64,000 nucleotides of DNA, taken from the NCBI GenBank assembly GCA_021613535.1, contig CP075493.1, positions 3,410,001 to 3,474,000 on the forward strand. Reading direction: 5' to 3'. Below, one piece after another: positions 55,001-64,000 of this stretch. The stretch is from Adineta vaga (taxonomy: Eukaryota > Animalia > Rotifera). The stretch's first letter is position 1. Each line of letters opens with the position of its first letter. The position numbers and the translations under genes are program-made. The notes beneath the pieces were generated by a model. It did not search any database and had not been told where the DNA came from. It saw only the letters and a list, made by a program, of their open reading frames with translations.

Positions 55001-58000
55001 TTTTACTACTGAATGTCGTCGATTTTTTCTTGATGTTATTTTTGCTGCAACTGTTTCATGATCGGCTTTTATTGGAACAAGTGGTGCACCAACAATAGCG
55101 ACAATACCATGACGAATTGCTTCTCGAACTGAATATTGTGTATGTGAATGTGAATCATAAATTAAACCTGATTCTCCATCAACTAAACCACGTTCAATCG
55201 CATCTTGAATTGTATATTCTCGGCTAGTTTTTGGATCAAATAATTTCATTCGATTATTATCTAATAAATTCTTTCGTATAGCTTTTTCAAAACCAACCGA
55301 TTCATTTTGTGATGGAAGAAATACTTCACCAGCATTTATATCAAATTGAGAAAATAATTTTCGATGATTAAAAGCTAATTCTAATGTTGTAATAACTTTA
55401 TTGGAATAGGAATCGATCACTTGTCCTTCATTATCAATTCGTATACCTTCTAATGCATCTTTTAATGTCATAAAACGGCCACTTGTTGGATGTTCAATAA
55501 TTGTACTTTGTCCATCGATTAAACCACGTTGAATAGCTTCTTTCAAATATAATTGTTCACCACTATGAGGATGTTTATAAAGACCAGTTCGAAGATTTAA
55601 TAAACCACAACGTATAGCATCTTCAACATTCATACGATGTAATTTACATTCAACTAATCGTGCACGATAAACACTAATTTTCGGTGGATTAAGTTTACCA
55701 CCATCACGACGATTGATTAAACCAAGTGAAAATGCATCATAAAGTGTTATAGGTCCTTGTTCACTGTCGGCAAAAGCTATACCATTAACATGAATATGGC
55801 CACGGTCAATAGCTTCCATTAATGTCATATAATGTTCAGTAGCTGGATCACGGAATGTACCTATAAAAATGAAGAAAAAAAAACAACGTGTTTTTGTTTT
55901 CAATCAAAAGATGAAATTTAGACCTGTTTCTGCAACATAAAAACCAAGTCTAATAGCATTTTGCATTGATAAACCTAATGGTTTTCTTTCGACATGTTCA
56001 CTAATTTCTGCTTCAATTAAATTTCTATTAATTGCTTCTTGTATTGTCATTGTTTCACCCGTAGAAAAATCCGTATAAGTCTTTGTTTCTGTATCAATCA
56101 TTTGATTTTTGACAGCGACAGCACCTGATTCCATACGATCTAAAACATTATTACGTACACCATGAATACGATATAATGTAATACGTCTTTCCGTAATCGT
56201 ATCGGTAATTAATTCTAAATCATATTCTTCAAAACGATTTTGACTAACAAGTTCAACATCAAGTAATTTCTTTTCAATCGCTTTATCCAATGGAATTTTT
56301 ACATTATATTTCCGATCATGATAAACACCTTGAGCATAATTAAGAATACCAATTGCTTGTGCTTCTAAACCACCAATTTTTTCTTTAGATTCACTATCAA
56401 CAGCAACACTTTTAACAATAAATTTCTTCACAATTTCTTGCACAGATGATGTTAACATTTCTGTATCCTCTTTGGTTTCAATTATTGTCGCATAAACTAA
56501 ACCTTCATTTATAGCTTCAGCTAATTCATATTGAACATTCGTTACTAAATCACGATAACTACCTGCAAAATAAACAAACAATATTATAAACTTTATTAAT
56601 ACTACAAGTGAACTTCATGTTTATTTTATACAATTCAACATTGAGATGATAAACTCATGTTTTTGTTTAGTCTACATACAGTTTTTTTTTATCACGATTA
56701 CTCGTCAATCATATTAATCATTAGATCTGAAAGGTCACTAGACTAAATTGTTAATTCTCTTCGACATTTTCTTTAAACATTGATTTACAATATATCTCTT
56801 CACATCAACATTGATAAGATCGGACATATATTCAATGAACAACATCACGTATAACTTAAGAATGTTAAAATTTCTATTCTTACCTATCTCTTTATCAAGT
56901 ATGCCCAAATCAATTGCTTCGGAAACTTTAATTTCTTTTTGTGTTAATGGATGTATAACTGATGTAATTACATATGTTGCTGTTTTTGTTGCGATTGTTA
57001 ATTCATCTTCATCAACGGATATGATCGATGGTGGTCGTACACTATTGTCTGAGGATGAATCATCATCATTACAACGTATATAACCAGCTTGTATGGCATC
57101 ATAGATTGTTAGAACATCATTTGTATCAACTTTACGATATTCATTTAATTGAATATCAATGATACCTTGTTTCAATGCATCACGTGGAAGAATCTTTTTC
57201 ATATTACGCGTATCATAAACCCATTTAATTGTATATGTTTGTCGATTAACTGTTACTGTTATAGAATCATCTGTTGAATTATATTCTGTTGCACCAATAA
57301 ATTTCAAATGAATTGCTTCATGTAATGAAACTTGAGAATTATTAAATGGATTAATATAACGTCCATGAACAGCATCTAAAATTTGTTTTCGTACAGCTTG
57401 TCGAGGAAATATTCGACGTTTTGTTGATGGATCTAATACCCAATGAATCATGTAATCAATTCCATCAACATGAATTGGTAATGAAGCTGTATCTGGTTCA
57501 ATACCCATATAACCTAATTCAACAGCTTCTTCAAATGTATAGGATTTACGATTTAATTTTTCATCAAAAAATAAACGTTGCTTTATATCAACTAAACCAC
57601 GCTGAAACGCAATTTGTAATGGTAAACGATCACCAGTAGCAGTATTTAACACCCAAATGACACGATATGCTTCGTTTTTGATCATCATAATACAATGCCA
57701 TTGTTCCCATTCTTCTTCTGTCCATGATTGTTGTTCATCAAGATGAAATTCAGGTGTTTGTGGAGTCTGTTTTTGTGGTGATGTTAGTGGTGAAGGTTTT
57801 GTACGTGTATCTGTTATGTCAAGATATTCTTTGGTTACGGTGGTTTGAGTAGATGATGTAAATGGTCGTGGATGATCTTCAATAATAAGTTCTCCATGAT
57901 GTATACGTTGACTTTCACGTTGACGATCATCAATATGTACTGGCCGTGGTGGTGGTACCAATGGTTGAAGACGAGTAGATTGAACAACACGAACCTGAAC

Positions 58001-61000
58001 AAATGCAAATGAAATTTTATTATTAGTCAAAAAGAAAATATGCATTTAAAATGACTCTTGAGATTTAAAGTACAAATTATGACAAACATATCGTTGATGA
58101 GAAGTCAACATCTTTTCTTAACACAAAATAATCATTTTTTTTAAAAAAGAAAAGAAAACAGTAAAGTCAATAGAATCGATACCGATGTTATTTCTATTTC
58201 CAGGCATAATAGTAATCGTTCTTTCTTATCAAAATAACAGGATATGTCGGCACACGAAGAAGATCAAAGAATATTTTTACTAGAGAATGCATGGCTTACA
58301 TGACTTGGAGAAACATTTGATATCTTATGAAACTAAAATCTAGATCATCAATACTATATTCTGTAATTCAAGAATTTCTGTCAATATTTTTTGTGCCGAT
58401 TAAGGATCAATAACTTTTTCCAAACGGATCGATTAGTTTTCATCTAATACATACAATGTAAGAAAAAAAACTAATGATTCTCAATAGACCTTATCTTTTA
58501 ATCAAAAAGAAAAAAGAAAAGAAAACGTTTTATCATTTGATTACCTCATTTTCTCGATGTGAACCATTAATCACAACATGGTCTTTCGGTGGTAATGGTG
58601 GTGGCATGTATCTATCACTTTCAATAACAATTTCTTTATGTAATGTACGTCGATCTTCTTTAATATCAACTTTTGCTCGACGATTCGGATTAATACCATC
58701 ATCGATAACAACTTCTTCAATGTATTGTTGTCGTTGTCGTTCATTCGATTTTGGTCGATGATTTCCATTTTGATGAATAAATACTTCTCGATCGAATACA
58801 TTAGTTGTATGTTCTTCAATAATTTGTTCTTCACGTGTACTTTGATGATGTTTCTTATGTCGTGGTAAACGTTGAACAGATTCGATTTCGACGACATCTT
58901 TTTCACGTTGTAAAACTTCCGATTCATTGATTTCATAAGGTGTTCGTGGTCGTGATTGAGATTCAATTCGTATAGATAATTTCGAACGTGAATCATTCGA
59001 ATTTCCATATGGTTCTTGACTAATTATTGCACGACGTTTATCTGTAGTCGATATATGTTCTGTGTTATTGAATATAATTTGTGATGAAACAGCTTGAACT
59101 TGAATGAAACCTCGTTTTACAGCATCACCTATATTGATTTCATCGCCTGTGATTGGATGAATATAAACACCTTTTTTATGATCGAACAATTTTTGTTGAA
59201 TACCTAAATATAATAAAAAAGAAAAAAAACGACTTTTTTTCTTCTATTTGTTCTCATTTTGTTTGTCACTTATTACCTTCTTGAAGATTATAAACTTTAT
59301 CAGTTCGTATATCAATAACACCTGTAATTAAATAGAAAACTTGTTCGTGTTGATCACCATAAAATGCTGAAGGATGTTGATCACAAAGTTTACCAATAAT
59401 TAAACCTTGTTCATAAGCTTCAAGTATAGTCATTTGTTTTTGTGTTACGGAATGATAATAAATTGTAATAGTTGAATTTAATAAACCTGTTTTAATTGCT
59501 TCTGTTACACCTAAACGACGATTTGTAACTGGATCAATGACTTGTTCAATAATTAAATTTTTCACAAAACGACGAGGATGATGATCGATTAATTCCGTAA
59601 ATATTAAACCTTTTTCAATTGCAACACTGATTGGAAGATTTTCACCTGTAATACTATTTACATAAAAACCTTTAGCATGATCAATAATTCCTTCATCAAT
59701 AGCTAAACGAATTGGTATTTCTTGTCGTGTTCGAGGATGTATAGCACTTTTTAATGTATAAGTTTTTGTTTCTTTAACTGTTCCACGTTTTATTTGACCA
59801 TTGCTTGCTGTATCTGAATTCGTGGTTGTATCAACTGGTAATGGTTGAGCACGTATATGACCTTGAGCAATAGCTTCCGAAATCGAAAAGATTTCATTCG
59901 TTTTTCGATTAATATATTGTCCATTTTGTTTATCTAATATGCCTACTTGAATAGCTTCTTGAACAGTTAATTCTTTATTATTAAGATAATCTCGTACACC
60001 GAGTAAATGATATGATCGTGTTTCTCGTATTAATGATGTTGATATAACATATTTGTCATTATGATGATGATGATGATGATTATTATTATTATTTGATGAT
60101 TGTTGTGCTTGTTGTTGTTCAACGGTAACGAAACCTTTACTCATAGCATCATCGATTGAAACAGATTCTTGAGTTAAATTATTTAAATATAAACCATGAT
60201 AGGGATCAAGGATTTTTGCACGTATAGCGGCATTTGGATCGATAAACGTATTTGCACGATGATCAAATACACTTGAAATGACAAGTGATTCAGTTTTTGA
60301 AATGACATTATAAGATGGTGGATCACCAACTTTAAGGATACCCATTTTTAATGCTTCACTTAAGTCGATTTGTCGTGAAGTTGCACGATCAAGTATATGA
60401 TGATTATTGGAATTGATTAAACCACGAGAATAAGCTTCACGTAAATCGTAATTTCTGAAAATGGAGTAGACAAAAAAAAATGAATTGTTTTCTTTTCGAT
60501 CATTGTTCGTTAAAATAACAAATAACTACTATGGCTTCGACTGACATCGAACTCAAGATACATACATATATATACTATATGTAAAACAGATTTTTATTAT
60601 AAGAATGAGATAAAAATCAGTCGACTATTGTCTTTATTTCAGATGTATATATACATTATATCCATATATGAATTTCTCATTCGTATGCTAAGCAGGAATG
60701 AACGTGCTCTGTACAAAAACTACGATTGAATTTCATATTTGAGTCGAAGAGTGCCTATTACATCTTTGATTGCTTTTCTTTGTACACTGACAAAAAAAAC
60801 AAACATATGCAAGAATTTCGTTTTATCATCGAGAAAAATATTCGAGGCAAAACAAAAATCCTGAATTTTTCCTTTTTTCTTCTCTTTCATTTTCTTTTTT
60901 TTCTTTTTTGTCTCACTTACCGTTGTTCGAGCGTATCGACCACGTAGGCGCTACGCGCGTCTAGAATATTTGTGTCGATCGCCTCTTTCAATGTAATGGT

Positions 61001-64000
61001 CGTAGTTGTATTAGTTGTGGTTATGATGGAGTCTGCGCCAACGGGAGGAGGATAATTATTCACCAACAACGGCGACGTAGAGAGAAGATTTTTGTTGTTG
61101 GTTGTATGTGGCGGCGAAGACGATGAAGAAGAGAAATGGTTGCGAGGATGGCGATGGTGGTCGGGCGGCGAAGTAGAGGAAGAAAAAGGAGAAGAAGAAG
61201 AAGAAGAAGAAAGAACGAATGGAAAAGGAGAAGAAAAGAGACCCGTTGACAAATCGAGATATTTACTATTGACCGCATCCACAAACGAGAGATTTTTTCG
61301 TTGTGTCATTTCTTTTGATTTCGAACTTGTTATAATTATATTACCATTCGAAAGTGTTGACAAAAATGGTTGTTGTTTTTGAACTAGAAATTGAGGTTTA
61401 TTATTAGTAATAGTATTATTATCATTATTATTTATTCGTTTATTATTATTTTCCATCTCTGCTGTTGGTATAACATAGGTAGTTTCAAACGAAATCGAAC
61501 CATCGGTTGATGTTAATAGATGATGATTAGCCGTGACCTTTCCGTGTGACAAGTCAATAAAACCTACGAGAAAGACAACAGATTGAATGACGTCATCATA
61601 AATCTTTCAATTCTACATAAGCAATCACAGAGGCATAGAGAGAGAGAAAGAATTAGTTGTTTGTTCTTCACTTCAAACTTTTCTCCGTAGACATATACAT
61701 CTTATTTTAAAAAGAAGAGAAGATGAAATATTCGATGACGTAAAAAGGGACATGAAGAAACAATGTATATGTATATGAATGAACCGGCAGCGTCCACAAC
61801 AACGGTCGGACGGACAATAAAAGGAAGCTATAAGAGAAATGTAAAACGGAGAGAAAAAAAAGAAAGAGCATGCACATCTAGCACACAAACCTCGATTTGT
61901 TGTATTTTTTTACTGCTTTCTCTCTGTCTGTATTTATACATACTTTTACATATACATATATTTACCATCGTTCTTTCATTTTCTTCTCAAATATAAAATA
62001 ACTGAACTAACTGGCTCAACGCCACATATGACAAGTAATGAGAAAAAAGATTAAACTTGTGTCAATATCTTCATTACATACATCTGTCTCTTTACAATCT
62101 TTTCGTTTGTGTATTTTTAATCCAACATAGAATCTGGGTGGAGTTTCATGAATATTTTCAATATTATTTGTAGTAAAAGAAACCCTTAGTATAACTGATA
62201 TCAATTAGAAGATAAAAGAACATTGTCTAGTCAATCTATTGTTTTGATTTAGCTGTCTATTATCTTGAGAGAAAAACTATGTGAAGAACAAAAGCTTGAA
62301 TATAATGTTGATGAAAAGAGCAACATATCGAGATAATGTACATATCATCTTTGAAAATATTATCATCATCATCATCAATGATTGTTTATTACTATATTTC
62401 TCCTGAGATGTATCTTTAAGTTAATATATATGTATCGAATCCATTTCTTCTCTTCTCTTCTTTCTCTCTGTTTCTTTATGCTTAACTTGACACCAAAGAT
62501 AAATCAAGATATACATATGGATTAAATCAAATGATAGGAGAAAGTTCATTTGAACATCTCTCTCTCACTCACTCTCCTTCAATCATCACTGAAAACGTAT
62601 GTAAAGAATGAAGGACAACTGTATTGTAGTCTAACCCTATTTGATACAATTTGACCTTCTTTCTGCGCATTTGATCATATATATAAAAGAAAGAAAACTA
62701 AATAGTGAGAAAGTAAATGTGCTCGACCTTGTTCGTAGGAAAGAATAAAGTATCTTCTTATCTCATATATATTCTATAATTATTCTTTTTCACACGTATA
62801 TGTTGATATTTTCATCAGTATAACGAGAATTCGTTGGAAAAAGAAAATCTTTCATTGTCACTTACCTGTTTTGTTATTCTTCAGAATTTGTTCATCTTCA
62901 TCTGATGAAAAAAGTGATTCTAAAGTAATATCATATCTTGAAACGATTGTACTACGATGAAGATGAATTATATTAGATATTGAATCAATCGGAAGATTGA
63001 TTGTCTATAAATAACAATGAAAAAACTTTTCGTCATAAATTAAATCTTTTCACTACTTGTCCAATACTATTGAAATTTTTCATCAATAAATGTGCATATT
63101 CTTCTACTTTCTCAAGCAGATTTGCATAACGTCTTAAAAGAAAAGAGATTATCAGTGAAGTTTTTACTCGTTATATTTATTCTTACTTATCAAATAATTC
63201 TACTTTCTTTAAAACTATGAATGAAGCTCGTTGACCATTCGATGAAATTGGTCGTCGTTTTGATACAATTGGATTTAAATCACATAACGAGAAACGAAAA
63301 TGTTTCAAAATTTTGTCATGCATCTATATGATCATGGTGAAAAAACGAGTTTTTTTTTCATAAAATATTAACACAAAGATTTTTCACATGCAGCAATAAC
63401 ATGCGAACTACAAAGAATGATTTCTTTTTTTGTCTTCAAATAAATCACATGCTTTATAGATAACATTCGTATTACCTTAACTTCTTCGATGAATTTGACA
63501 GCTACATCATTCATATGTTCGACAGATTGAGCTTGAAAAAGAATATCTTTGAATAAATCCTGAAAATAAACTGTAGAAATCAAAGAAAAAGAGACTCGAA
63601 TTAATGGTATTTTACATTAACAGTTAGAACTATTCGATGAAGTCTATGGGGATCATTAGTAATGGGTTCAAGAATTTGTATTCGACTTTGAAGATGATTC
63701 AAAGCATTTTCTTCATTTTGAAATAGATTGTGAAACGATCGATGTGATTCAATAATTTGAAGTATCGATCGTTTTCTAAAACAAAACAAAAAAAGAAGCA
63801 ATTCAAAGGTGAAGAAAGAAACCTTGTAAATGCATAGGAAAACAAAAGACCTTTGATAGATTTCTGAAGTAATTCGTTTCCATCGTGTTGCTGATTGTTC
63901 GCTAATACGAATTAATCTTTCATTACAAAGTTGTTCACTATATCGGAGAAGTTCTTTAATCGACTTCTCCAATGTTTGCAATTGATTATTAAGTTCATTA
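46034..64000 (-). CDS. Spectraplakin (Shot/MACF1/dystonin/VAB-10-like), 3' part: spectrin repeats, large plakin-repeat block, spectrin rod, GAS2 domain, SxIP tail
   Basis: Plakin repeats (e.g. [41 protein letters not shown]) at 54616-61562. Spectrin-like helical exons at 47594-53460 and 62867-64000. GAS2 motif [38 protein letters not shown]. Tail motifs SQIP and SKLP. Stop at 46034-46036; the 5' end lies outside the window. Confidence 0.9.

Noticed and set aside
54616-61562. Long plakin-repeat ORFs as an independent gene
   Set aside because: Splice phases connect them to the upstream (62867) and downstream (53460) spectrin exons of the same spectraplakin.

Overview
This is AT-rich, gene-dense eukaryotic (animal) genomic DNA with many ~45-90 nt GT-AG introns. 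The style and a relic of the ADP-ribosyltransferase-TPR family suggest a bdelloid rotifer (inference). Gene order: DCAF6 3' end (+), CAP-EGF-ShK gene (-), RPL18 (-), ARMC10-like (-), LYSMD3/4-like (+), three paralogous tiny DxNxDG-repeat genes (-) around SLC35E3 (+), ART-TPR pseudogene (+), vasopressin/oxytocin-type GPCR (-), an orphan ORF (-), MNS1 (-), an HSPA14-DNAJC2 locus (-), a KCC/SLC12 cotransporter (+), ERK (-), ZMAT2 (-), UAP1 (+), a second CAP-EGF-ShK gene (-) and the 3' part of a spectraplakin (-). The main finding is that the two subunits of the ribosome-associated complex (RAC) appear to be encoded as one polypeptide. The HSPA14/Ssz1-type nucleotide-binding domain is spliced in frame, through a 42-nt exon, to DNAJC2/zuotin (14 exons, ~983 aa by my manual splice reconstruction), and the Hsp70 substrate-binding domain is absent. 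Gene models were built by hand and family assignments come from recalled motifs; no searches were run.
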